A DNA stretch of 64,000 nucleotides, from the NCBI GenBank assembly GCA_001244265.2, contig CDLV01000007.1, positions 1,550,001-1,614,000 on the forward strand, read 5' to 3'. A program made the position numbers and the translations under genes. The notes under the pieces are model-generated. The model ran no database searches and was not told where the DNA came from. It was given only the letters and a program-made list of their open reading frames with translations. Source of the stretch: Microbotryum violaceum (lineage: Eukaryota). Below are positions 1 through 10,929 of the stretch, piece by piece. Positions within the stretch are counted from its first letter, which is position 1; each line of letters starts with the position of its first letter.

Positions 1-999
1 GACCAGTACACGACACTGCATCGGCTCTTTTGGCCTCCCCAAGCTCAAGGCCAAGCTCAGCGAACAGGAAGGGGCGGGCAGGACGATCGAGATCTTCACG
101 GAAATGGTTTTGGAAATGATCAGCAGTGGGAGATGGAGGATGCAGAAGCACGGGACGAGGATGGAAAGCGTGGAGAGGAAGAGAGTGGTACTGGAGGAGA
201 GGATGAAGTTGAGAGCGGGAGGAGCAAGGGGCGGACGAGGGCAGTAGAGGCTGGGTTCGATTTCCCCCCCCACCATCCCACACACACACACCAAATCACA
301 CTTCCTCTTTCAAAACTGTATACTAAATATCTTGCTTTCATCTTTCATCTATTACAGGTCTGCCTTCGTTCCTCATGGACCGGCTCGCGATTTGGGATTG
401 ACTCGACGGTGGCTCGCGCTCTTTGGCTTCGGGGTTCTGAGTCAAGGGAGGGATCAGCAGACACAGGCAGAAAGTCGGCTTTGAGGGGCCAGGGACTGCT
501 GAGGTGGAGGTTTTGAGGGGCCTCCACCGCGTCTTGTTGTGACCGAGCATAGACTTGGGACTTCGCGGGTCAGGGTAGCTGCGCAGTCGCTCTCTTGTCT
601 TTGTCTCGACCGAGTTGGGACGTGACGGCGGGGTGGGTCTCTTGTCGTTAGTAAATCGTTTTATTACTCTTTATCTTTCTCTCTCTCTCTCCTTCTCTCT
701 CTCATTCGTCTCCTGGGGGGGAGCAACCGCTTGGCTGGGGCACTTGAATCCCAAGTATTGGATTGGTGGACACCGGCCCGTTTCTCGCATCTTGCGGGCG
801 GTTTGTGTTATCATCGTCGACTTCCATTTAGTTTTTCCGTAGGCCAATCAGGGGGAACAGGAATTGGGGGCAATATGACGAACAGTTTCTACAAAAAAAT
901 AAATCTGTAAGGCATCCCCTTACACCCTCCCCTTTTTGACCAAGTGTCAACGGAGATCCCTTTCGCGGGGATATAAGCAGGCTTGCCCAAGGGTTAGTT

Positions 1000-1138
1000 A
1001 ACTACTGGAAATCCGCGCAACCGCAGTTGACCGTGGTTGGACGATTGCGCCGAAGTTAACCGCAGTTCAACCGCGGGCATCGCGGTCGGACCGCAGTGCC
1101 CGCGGTTGCGCGGATTACCAACTGCGGTTGCAACTGCA
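1000..1138. repeat. Left TIR plus subterminal repeats of the CACTA element
   Basis: CTACTGGAAATCCGCGCAACCGCAGTTGACCGTGGTTGG followed by repeated AACCGC(A/G)GTT / AACTGCGGTT-like motifs in both orientations. Confidence 0.9.
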
Positions 1139-1225
1139 CGAGGTCGCCAACTTGGGAATGCTCCATTACGCCCTGCAATTCTCAGTTGGCTCGCAGACTA
1201 AGGAGAACAGCCTGACTTTGAGACC

Positions 1226-2285
1226 TTATCTAGTGCAGCAAACAACTCGTGATATAGTCTGGGACCGCTTTCGTACCAGCAATTCAAGGAACCCGAGTTC
1301 GAGCGACTGACGGCGCTCACCATCCGAATGTTTGCGGCGATGAAGACATCGCGGTCCCAGGTCACGCAAGATGAAAAGTTCCCGTTCGATTGCTTTCCAT
1401 TTTTTCCTTTTCTCGGCTAAGGGCCTGACAATCACACCCTCCACTCTCGCGAGGTACGGCCGAGACAACAGCTGCGCACGAGTCATGCGAACGATCGCGT
1501 CGGAGGACAACGTCATGGAGTGCCTGCGTGCCTTCGAGTCCAAGTCGCCGACGAGGATATTGATGAAAGTTCTGCCACTGTTGATACCAATCAGATGCAT
1601 ATAATCCAATGGTAGGAACGTGGAGTAAGCATCCTTGAACAGGTCAAGCGCCTCGATCGGAGCTTCGCCTGATATCCCCGTACGACGCCGCAGCGATTCG
1701 AGCTTGGTCGGGTGTCATTTCATTGCTTTAACCACCCGACGGTAGTGCCTGTAGTTGCGCTCGTTATCCAGTCGAACGTCCCGTCCACAGGGGTTTGGAA
1801 TGTCGTGGCGGTGTCGACAAGCCCAGCCCACTCGGGATGGTCGAGCACCGATACGATCACTCCCTCGTCGTTTTCGAGCAGTTTTGCACGAGGAACACAG
1901 AACAGCAGATAGCCTTTGGTGTTTCCAGGTGCGTAATGAGGTATGCTGATGATTGAGTAGATCAAGCACGAAGCGAGGCCTCTTGCTCCCACAAGGTTTC
2001 CAAGGGCTGCTTGCTCCAGCGTGTCGGCTATGCAAGCCACGATCCTGTCTCTGCAAAGCACGTGTCTGTCCCGAGCGGCTGAAAAGGATGTACGCTCCCC
2101 TTCGAAAATGTGAAGCTGTTGACAGAATGTTTCGAGGAATGACTGCTCGTCTTTGGGTTTCTGAGGGCCGTTCACGGAGGTGACAAAGTGCGATGATAGC
2201 TTTCAACGAAGTTCGGGGGCAGGGTCATGGGTATCACCCAGAGATGTGGGCGTTGACCTTGCGATTGGCTTTGGAGTGCGCGAGC
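1226..2285 (-). pseudogene. CACTA transposase (Transposase_21/Tnp2-like), 3' portion; frameshifted and probably C-terminally truncated
   Basis: Motifs across frames: LWVIPMTLPP, NGPQKPKDEQSFL, IADTLEQAALGNLVGARGLASC, RRTGISG, FLPLDYMHLIGIN, WKAIE. They occur in the order I recognise from fungal CMC-EnSpm transposases. Confidence 0.8.
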
Positions 2286-2290
2286 ACTCA

Positions 2291-2502
2291 ATAAGAGACT
2301 GACGAGCGTGTAATCCAACCGCCAGTTAATTGCATATGATAGTAGCCGTAGTGCTAGATGTACGTACCTGACGAGCGTGTAATCCAACCGTGGAGAGAAG
2401 ACAACGGTTGGTGCGCATCGCCAGGCTTCACTAAACAAACGCGCGCTTCTAATCAAATAACCGAAAGCCGCCTTCCTGCTAATCCTCATTCACAACACGC
2501 CA
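2291..2502 (-). repeat. 3' LTR of the Copia element
   Basis: Identical to 7047-7258 except one C/T (2322 vs 7078). Preceded on the minus strand by the purine-rich GAAGGGGCGAG (PPT, 2504-2514). Confidence 0.93.
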
Positions 2503-5500
2503 ACTCGCCCCTTCACGCGATGAATCTATAAGCCCCATCGCGTGTACAAACTGATAGTGCTTCTGTGTCCCGAGCCCCTTGGTGAGGACGTCCGCAGCCA
2601 TGGTGCCCGTGGGCACCCAGACCATCTCGATCGTGCCTTCCGCGATGTGGTCCCGGATGAAGTGAAAGTGGATGCCAATATGTTTGGTACGAGCATGGAA
2701 AGCCGGGTGCTTGGCCAGAGTGATGGCGGACTGGTTGTCACCCCGCAAACGAGTCGGAGCGGTCTGCTCGAAGCCAAGATCCGCAAGCAAACGACGTAAC
2801 CAAATCCCCTCGCGAGCGGCGTATGACATGGCCACATACTCGGCCTCGGTACTGGAGAGGGTGACGAGAGTCTGTCGCTTGGCGACCCAAGAGATAGCCC
2901 CACCAGCGCACATGAACACGTAGCCCGAGACGCTCCGGCGAGTGACCGGGTCGGCGCCATGATCAGCATCGACGAATCCCTCCAAGATTGCCGACATAGG
3001 CTGGAAGGACTTCTGATAGCGGATGCCAAAATTGCGGGTACCGACAAGGTAGCGCAGGATGTGTTTGAGCGCCTCCCAATGCTCCGCCGTGAAGTCGTTG
3101 CAGAAACGAGCAGCCTTTGAAACGGCGAACGCGATGTCGGGTCGGGTGGTGCCAGAGAGGTATAAGAGCTTGCCTACAATGGCGCGATAGGGGATCGAGG
3201 CAGGATCAAAACCGGAGTCAGCGCGATTCCTCAGAGTCGACGGAGCCGCGAGAGGCGTGGGGCGGGGGAGGCATTGGCCATGTGGTGTTCCTCGAGGATG
3301 GCATCGACGAAATGTCCCTGGTTGACAATCGCAGCACCCGTCTTGCCCTCACGACGGATGCTCTGGCCGAGGAAGAAGGAAGCCTCTTCGGTGCTGCGAG
3401 CTTCGAACCGAGCCTTGAGCTGACAGAGCACGCCGTCGAGATCCCCGTCACCCGTGAGCAGACCGTCGTCGACATGAATGGAGAGGAAAGACCGTCGATC
3501 CCCCTCTTTGCGAACGAAAACGGCATGGTCACTGTCGGTGCGGGTGAAGCCAATGGACAGGATCCATTCAGTGAAGACCTTGTACCACTCGCGGCCCGCC
3601 TGAACGAGGCCGTAGAGAGCGCGCTGCAAGCGCACGATATCGCCTCCGGGTAGTCGCATGTAGATCTCGGTCCCGCCGAGGTTACCGTTGAGGTACGCAG
3701 ACGAGACGTCGAACTGGCGGGTCTCCCACTCGTTCTCGACGGCGAGGGCGAGTAACAGTCGATGAGAGGCGGCTCGACCTGTGGGCGAGAACGAATTGAT
3801 ATGCACCCCCGACGTCTTTGCATGTCCCGCGCGCAACAAGTCGAGCTTTGTACTTGACAATTTGACCCTCCGCATTGCGCTTGACGAGGAGCACCCACAT
3901 GCTCCCGATGACAATGGCCCCGGGCGGGGGTCGAACCGGCTTGGAGAACGCGTTCTTAGCGGCGAGAGCTCCCTCCTCCACCGACATGGCGGCCAGCCAG
4001 TAATCACGAAAGGGGCCAGCGAGGGCGGCCTGGACCGAAGGAGTGTCATCGCTGTCGATCTTGGCGAGGAGCGCAGAGACTTCCTCAAACGAGTACATCT
4101 GCGTGTCAGGGTCACCTTCGTCGAAGTCATCGAACTGGATGGCTGCGTGGTCGGCAAACTCCCAATGCTGTGCCGCGTGAGCAAATCCGAGGTAGTCAGG
4201 CGGACGGCGGGTCCGGGTGGAGCGATCACCATCGGGCGGTGCGTTTGCCGGGCCAGGGTTCGAAAATGCGAGGGCGGGCGGAACGGGTGGCGGAGCGGCG
4301 GCAGCGGGAGCCACGGCCGGCGCTTCGGCGACAGGGGGCGCAGCGGCGGAACCGATGCCGAGCGGCGCGGGCGGGTAAGACAAACCGACCGCAACAGGGA
4401 TGGCAGGCATGGCAGGGCTCACCGCAGGGGGAAAGAAACGGTCCTCAAAGAACCTGGCCTGAGGCGACTCAAAGACCTTGTTGCGAACCGGATCGAAGAA
4501 GCGCCAGGCCTTGGATCGCGAGGAGTAGCCAACAAAGTAGCAGAGGCGGGATCGCGGGGCCAGCTTGTTGGGACGTTGCTCGGGGGCGAGCGGCACGTGA
4601 GCGGCACAGCCCCAGGTCTTGACACGGTCGAGGCGGGGGCGGCGGGTGTCCGTGACCGGGTCCGAGGGTTCGTGCAGCACAGAGTCTGGGGTGCGCTGCT
4701 GGAGCGGCGACGAGGGGAGCAGATTTATGACGTAGATCGCGGCGTGCGCCGCTTCATCCCAAAGTGCGGGAGGCAGTCCCGAGCGATGGAGCCAGGCGCG
4801 AACGGAGTTGAAGATCGTTCGCCAACTGCGTTCCTGAACGCCCATCTGGCCGTGCTCGTACGCTGTGGAGAGCTCGTGGAAAATGCCCCGCGCGGCGAGC
4901 CAATCCCGGAGCCTGTGGTTCACAAACTCGCCCCCTCTGTCCGTGCGCAGCGTCGTGACGCCCTGGCCCCCATACTGGGTCTTCGACATCGCAACAAAAT
5001 CCTGAAGGACGGCTGACGAGTCACTCTTGAGCCGGATGCTGCGAGCCCAGCGGAAGCGCGAAAACTCGTCCGTGATGCCGCAGAGGTAACGAGCACCCGA
5101 AAGTGCGGGCACAGGGGAAGGACCCCACACGTCGGCAAAGACACGGGAGAAAGGTGCGTCCGCGGGGTGGCTCGCGGGTTCCCGGTTCGGGGAAGAGACG
5201 GTTGTGCCGGCGCAACAAGCATCGCACTGATCGAGGAGGCGAATCTGATCCGGAGTTACAGCTGCTACATCGAGTGGAATTTGACCCGACCTAACAAGCT
5301 CTACCAAACGACCCCAAGAAGGATGACCCAAGCGCTGATGCCAAAGCACTACGTCTGTAGGCAAGGTGGTGGCAGTCAGCGCCAGGTGATCCGCCCGAGG
5401 AGGTGGGTGAGAACTTGCCTGAAGCACGTAGTGGTTGCGATCGAGGGCGAAGGAAAGGCGGGAGGTCGCGCTCGAGATCGCGATCCCGGTATGTTTCCCA

Positions 5501-6980
5501 GCCGCGTCGCACTCGTTGGATAGCTCATACCCGTCCTTCATCAGGCCGGCGAGTGAGACGAGTTCAGCGGACAGACCGGGGACGAGAAGGACGTCGTGGA
5601 GCTCGATGGACGCTTCGTCGACACCGAACCGGAGAGTGCCCGTACCGGTCGCCATGGCACTGGAGTTGAAGGCGCCGACGACCCGGACGCGCTCCGTGGT
5701 GAAGGGCTTGAAGTCGATGAGGAGGTCCCGGCGAGTCGTCATGTGGCGGGTCGCACCCGAATCAAGCAAGTAGCGCGGGATGTCGCTCAGGTATAGCGCC
5801 GTGTCGTCGTCACCAATGGGTACGCCGACGACAAAGTATCCCTCGTAGGCCTCGTCCTCGAGCTGAGCCTCGGGTGCACGGTCGACGGCGACGAGCGCCA
5901 TTACGTCGGCCGCGCCAATGGTGATGTTGTGCTTGGCGAGAACAGCGATGCGGCGGCGAGAGACCTCTGCCGACGGCACCGTGCATCCGTCGCCAAGATG
6001 TCCCTGCTCGTAGCACCTTCTGCACTGCATCCGACCCAGTTTCAGGCGACCAGCGTGCGAGATCCCGTGAGGCCACCTCTCCTTGAGGCCGGGCACCCTC
6101 GAGGCCTGAAGGAAGGGGGCGCCGAGGGACCGGAAGGACGGCCCGAGGGTTTCGAGCGAGGACGACCCGAGGCTGGCTGACTCCGAGACTGCACCCGTGC
6201 CGCTAATGCCTCCGCGATGGGCTCGATCTGCCGGCTCGAGGAAAATGCGGCCCTACGTATCGCGCCCTCAACTTGCTCGAGCGATGGGAGCGTGCCGATG
6301 GAGTCGATGACCGTCACGAGGTTCCTCGGCATCCTAGCCTTCAAGAGGTCCATGCGAACGCCCTCGGACAGCGCGGGCGCTGGTACCCACTTGTCGAAAT
6401 CGCTCTGGGTAAACGATGTGCCGTCGATCCTGGCGCGTTGATAGGCTTTGTCACGGGAGACGTGGGCGGCGACGAGGTCCTCAAACAACCGGTTGAAGTT
6501 CGCAAGCCATGGGTCGAGCGCTTCGCCGTCGACAAATGGCTCACACAAGAAGAGGGCGTCGAGCTTCGCTGAGCGCATGAAATCGTCCGAAGCGCGACCG
6601 AGATCCTTATCGAGCGCGGCCCACAAGTCGTGCGTGGCGTTGGCTTTGACGCGGGCGAAGGTGGACTCCCCCAAGCATACGATTAGCGTGTTGCGCGCCT
6701 GCGCAAGGGCCTGATCGAGAGCGTCGACATCCTGACGGTACAATCGAAGTTGGTTGCGATAGGTGGCCACATCGTCTACCCGGTTGTCGCCCTCCAAGCG
6801 AGTGAACTCGGACTGCAAAGGCTCGGGGCCGACGTCTAGAACACCGGTGACGTGCTTGAGGCGGCCCTCGCCTTTCAGGACGTTCTGAAGTCGCTCCCTG
6901 GCAACACCCCAGTTGGTGGCGTCGACTTTGCCGTATAGGTCGCCCATCAGACTGACGTGGTCAGCCGTGGGAGTCGCCAT
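2479..6980 (-). CDS. Copia gag-pol polyprotein (frameshifted in this assembly)
   Basis: Zn knuckle [14 protein letters not shown]; protease [21 protein letters not shown]; integrase ADVWGP / LRTDRGGEF / [44 protein letters not shown]; RNase [30 protein letters not shown]. Frame breaks near 6097, 3820-3829 and 3262. Confidence 0.95.
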
Positions 6981-7035
6981 CTTGGATATGCGCTGCGTCT
7001 TTTCTGCGTGCGGATCTGTGCCTTGCGGCAATACA

Positions 7036-7045
7036 GACGCTACCA
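7036..7045 (-). other. Primer-binding site of the Copia element, likely for initiator tRNA-Met
   Basis: TGGTAGCGTC lies 1 nt downstream of the 5' LTR and resembles the TGGTAGCGCC tRNA-iMet PBS of yeast Ty1. Confidence 0.75.
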
Positions 7046-7046
7046 A

Positions 7047-7258
7047 ATAAGAGACTGACGAGCGTGTAATCCAACCGTCAGTTAATTGCATATGATAGTA
7101 GCCGTAGTGCTAGATGTACGTACCTGACGAGCGTGTAATCCAACCGTGGAGAGAAGACAACGGTTGGTGCGCATCGCCAGGCTTCACTAAACAAACGCGC
7201 GCTTCTAATCAAATAACCGAAAGCCGCCTTCCTGCTAATCCTCATTCACAACACGCCA
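7047..7258 (-). repeat. 5' LTR of the Copia element
   Basis: Direct repeat of 2291-2502. Starts TGGCGTGTTG on the minus strand and carries an internal 23-bp duplication. Confidence 0.93.
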
Positions 7259-8726
7259 ACTCACTTCGATGCCATCGGAGAAGGTTGCAAGAGGGATGTT
7301 ATCCGGCTTGAGATCGCCGTTTGCGTAAAGCGTCCGTGCGTGTAAGCCGTCAACCCATCGCCTCACGACCGGGTAAGAGCCCGAGCCACCTGACGCCTTG
7401 TGCAAGTCGACGACCTCGTCGCTCGGCTTGGCATTGGCGAGGGTAGGACCGATTACTGGGTGTGCACGAAGCGCTTCAACAAACGGGGCGGGGTCATAAG
7501 AACGCTGCGTTGACCGTTCAATCTTCTTGCCATTCTTCCCCAGCGTGAAACGGTTTTCGCGGCACCCGGGCGTTGGACACTCCTCAAGATCTTGGAGCCG
7601 TTTGGCGCCATAGGACACGCAACCTTTGGGGCACTTTCCGACCTCCACATTTCTGAAGCCGGTGAGATGTCGTATCGTTCGGACCATTTTGTACTCGGAC
7701 ATGTCGCTGAGGTCGGCGTTGTGGAAGGCGTAGGTGCGCAGCAATGTGAGGAGGTCAGTCCAAGCGTCCCTCGAAAGCGAATGGTCCCGCTTGAACATGT
7801 AGAGTTGTAGCTTTGCAAGGTCATGGGGTGGAAGCGTTCGACTTTGAAGTCCTGTAGGAGGTATTTACTGCACCAGCCCTCGTGTTCGTGTCATATATGA
7901 CCACTTGAAGCACAGCAAGTCTTTGAGTCTCCTTTGGCACCAAGCTCGGCGAGATGAGCCTCAAGCGCGGCAATCTCATCTTCAGTGGGCTCGGGCTCTT
8001 CTGCCTCCCCTTGGACATCCTCTTCCTCTCTCGCGCCTCTCAGACCGTTCTCATCGCTTTGCGCTCCACCCGCATGAGAGTCCGTATCGCTGGTATCTCT
8101 GTCACTATCATGTTCCTCCTGCGCTTCCGAGCCCGATTCGAGTTCGAGATCGTCGAGCTCCTTCGGACCGCGCATCTCCTCTTCGTCTACGACCATCTCT
8201 TCTCCCTCTTCATCTGCGGCTTCATTGAGGTTTCTTTGGAGATCGTCTTCGTCGCCGTTTTCGTCCGCCTCTCCGCCGAATTCTCGATTCATATCATCGG
8301 CGTTATCGTCATCGACCGCCATGGGGATCGCGTGACCGACTGCTGCCGGCAAAAGACGTCCCGAAGGTCAGAATGGAGATTGGCCAAGATGAGTGAAGTC
8401 GTTGACGGAACTGGTGTAGCCCCCTTTCGCTTCCAGCACTTGGCTAGTTCTTTCGCGCCTCCGCCTGGCCGTTGCTGTTTAACGTCCTTTTTGAGATGCG
8501 TTGCCCAGGTTCTTCTTGTAAGCCAGGCTCCAGACTTAGACCGGCACGCTGAGCAGACGCAGTACCTCCATTCATTGTAGTGTGCTTTGTCATGCTCGGG
8601 CAGTTCGACAAGACCGCTCAACGGACGTGTGTCTGCGAGCTTCTTCTGGATGCGGTTGATTTGTGATTGCTCGATCTGCTGTCTCCACTGCGCAACTAGG
8701 TCTGGTTCGACTCTGCTGTGAGACAT
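7259..8726 (-). pseudogene. CACTA transposase, 5' portion
   Basis: N-terminal YCVCSAC..G.W.TRRTW..H and an acidic linker. Then KCPKGCVSY..LEECPTPGCRENRF, RWVDG and IPLATFSDG (first catalytic Asp region), cut by the LTR at 7258. Confidence 0.82.
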
Positions 8727-9050
8727 GACAAAACCGGTGTGTGACTGACGCCTTGAAGTGGGGATATGGCCTCACAACCGTAGGGAGAGAAAGAGGGGCG
8801 GAAAAGCACCCAGTAGCCACCGCTGAAGGCGCTCGTCACCGCCAGTGATGTTCCGGCGTGGGCGTGGGCGGCGAGTTCGGCAGCGTTGTCGCGGTTCGAC
8901 TAAATATCCGCCACGCCAGCTAGGGGCGTTCGACGTTCGCTTCCGAATTTGCCCCTCTCCTCTCGCTCCGCCACGCAATTCGCCACGCCGCCTCGTTCGC
9001 ACCTCTGCGTCAGGTCACGCGTGAACAGCATTCTCAAATCACTTCCACCA

Positions 9051-10372
9051 ATGTCGTCCAGCAACTCCGAGACCATCGACTGGCGTGGTTGTGCTGAGCA
9101 AGCCGAGCGAGCCTTGGTACTACAGCAACTCGAGTCCGAGCGCGATCTTGCCTGCGCGCAGCGTGACGTTCTTCAAGCACGAGTTGCTGCGCTCGAGACC
9201 GCAAACGAGAGCATCAGAGGAAGGAATGAGTATTTGGAAAACCGCGATCGGATCAAGGTAGAACATGGTAAGTGTACCAGCTCGTCCCCAAGATTGAACC
9301 TGTGTCTGCCGGAGCTAGCACGGACCGCTTTAGACCTTCTGCTGCTAGGCCAGTGCTACGGTGGACTCTCATCTCGCAAACCCCTCGCAAACCCCTTGCA
9401 ACACTCACTGAATCGTTTGTTGAGCCTCTTCAAAACGACCTTTCGAATTGCAGATATCAAGTCATCGATGTCGGGAGCTAGTCGTCGCAAGCGTGTGCTC
9501 GACACGACGCAGCTTTCAAACAACGACAACCACGCCGAGCACCTCTCCACCGACCCCACCTGCCTCAAGCTCCAGAACGAGCTGCAAGGGTATGTACGAC
9601 AGGAAGCCATCAAGGACCACCTGCACTTTATGAAGCTGGACGACGGCAAGGACGACCCGAGGTCAACATCAATACGACGGCGCTGCGTGAGGTCAAGATC
9701 GAGGCGGCCCACGTGGCCATGGCCAAAATTGAGCAGCGCAGCAAGGGAGCCGTCACGCTTTTATGGCCCGCCGTAACAACTACCATCGCCGAACTCGCAA
9801 CCTCCAGTATCTTCAAGGCCGGCATTGCGTTCGGCTCGCAGAACGAGAACAGGGTCCGATTAGCTGTCGATATCATCGAATCGAGGTACCCGGCTCTGCA
9901 GATGTGGCTGCCTACTTCGCCCGTCGTCAAGCAACCTCTTGCCACCAAAATTGCGAATGTGGCGAAAACTTCCTCCACCCGCGCCACCAAACGTCGCAAA
10001 AGCTTGAACGATAACGTCACTGCGAGTGATTCTGTGAGCGCCAAAAGCCTCGAGGTCGTAGGTGATGGCACCATGACTCGCAACCACGACAAGGCGCCAA
10101 GCATCATGGGGTCGGACGCCACCACGTCTCAAGTGCTCGATTGCGAATCTCCGAACCACACTGCTTCTGAAATAGGGTCACCTTCTCCCCACTCGGAAAC
10201 GGGACTCGAATCGATCTTGGCGGCGCAGCACGTTGTGATCGCGTCCAATGTAAGCTCCACTTCAAGACACGCTGTTCTCGTTCGCTCCCGCGGGACGCTA
10301 ATAAGCAAAATGTGTCGCAGTCCGAGCATCAAACCCGTCGTGAACCGATCATTGCGACTGAGTCTGAGGTGA
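9051..10372 (+). CDS. Second, divergent ORF inside the CACTA element; spliced coiled-coil protein of unknown function
   Basis: ATG at 9051; heptad-like N-terminus (ALVLQQLESERDLACAQRDVLQARVAALE); GTAAGT donor at 9268 and TGCAG acceptor at 9453 that keep frame. One frame break near 9657 joins it to ORF 9713-10372. Confidence 0.5.
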
Positions 10373-10675
10373 TCCACTGAATATATCCCGACACTCATCA
10401 TCAGCCTTGTGTGTCATTGGCAGGTTTAGTGGCAAGATTTGAGGGTGGAATCTGAGTCGGCGTTGCTGGGCCCGAGTCTTCGGGCCGATCCGACTTAGCG
10501 ATTTCACGAGTTGAGGCCGAGTGCCTCATCAGGCTTCAGGCTCAAGGTTCGTCTCTTGGTTCGAGTCGTATGCTTGATATAATGCAATGGCATTGGCAGT
10601 GCCACTTTACTATATCTTTACTGTACATGCAAAGGAGAGCTAAGAAAGGGATAGTATAGGCTACTACATTATTAC

Positions 10676-10929
10676 AACCGCGGTTATGTGCGGTTGCAAC
10701 CGCGGTCACAAAAGTTCGTAACCGCAATCACTTGATCTACTACAACTGCGGTTAGTGCGGTTGCGACCGCGGTTGCCGATGCGACTGCAGTTGGCAACTG
10801 CTAAAAGTGCACCTCTGCAATCCACTTTTTAGGCCTGAAGTTGAACTGCGGTTACTTTCGAATGGCTGGACGGGCGAGGTCTGTTCCACCAACCGCGGTC
10901 AACTGCGGTTGCGCGGATTTCCCGTAGGG
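10676..10929. repeat. Right subterminal repeats plus TIR of the CACTA element
   Basis: Multiple AACCGCGGTT / AACTGCGGTT-like motifs, ending in CCAACCGCGGTCAACTGCGGTTGCGCGGATTTCCCGTAG. Confidence 0.9.

Larger units (their letters stand above)
2291..7258 (-). mobile_element. Ty1/Copia LTR retrotransposon, full length
   Basis: Two 212-bp direct repeats and a 5-bp TSD ACTCA (2286-2290, 7259-7263). PBS and PPT are present. Domain order is gag-PR-IN-RT-RH. Confidence 0.97.
1000..10929 (-). mobile_element. CACTA/EnSpm (CMC superfamily) DNA transposon, interrupted by a Copia element
   Basis: TIRs at 1002-1040 and 10889-10927 match at 37/39 nt. The termini AACTAC...GTAGGG are each one base from CACTAC...GTAGTG. 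GTT flanks both sides (997-999, 10930-10932). Subterminal repeat arrays and Tnp2-like transposase motifs lie inside. Confidence 0.85.

Noticed and set aside
1..560. Open frames at the window start (e.g. ORF 133-516)
   Set aside because: No recognisable motif. They may be the tail of an upstream gene, but the frame cannot be determined here.
277..703. (CA)n and (CT)n microsatellites
   Set aside because: Short, ordinary simple repeats.
1010..1138. Repeat cluster considered as a CRISPR-like array
   Set aside because: The repeats are short, in both orientations and irregularly spaced, and are explained as CACTA subterminal repeats in a eukaryote.
3781..5016. 411-aa plus-strand ORF antisense to Copia pol
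   Set aside because: Shadow ORF of GC-rich coding sequence with no motifs.
6042..6100. Programmed gag-pol frameshift
   Set aside because: No clear slippery heptamer. The break looks like the other single-base homopolymer losses, and Copia elements usually have one ORF.
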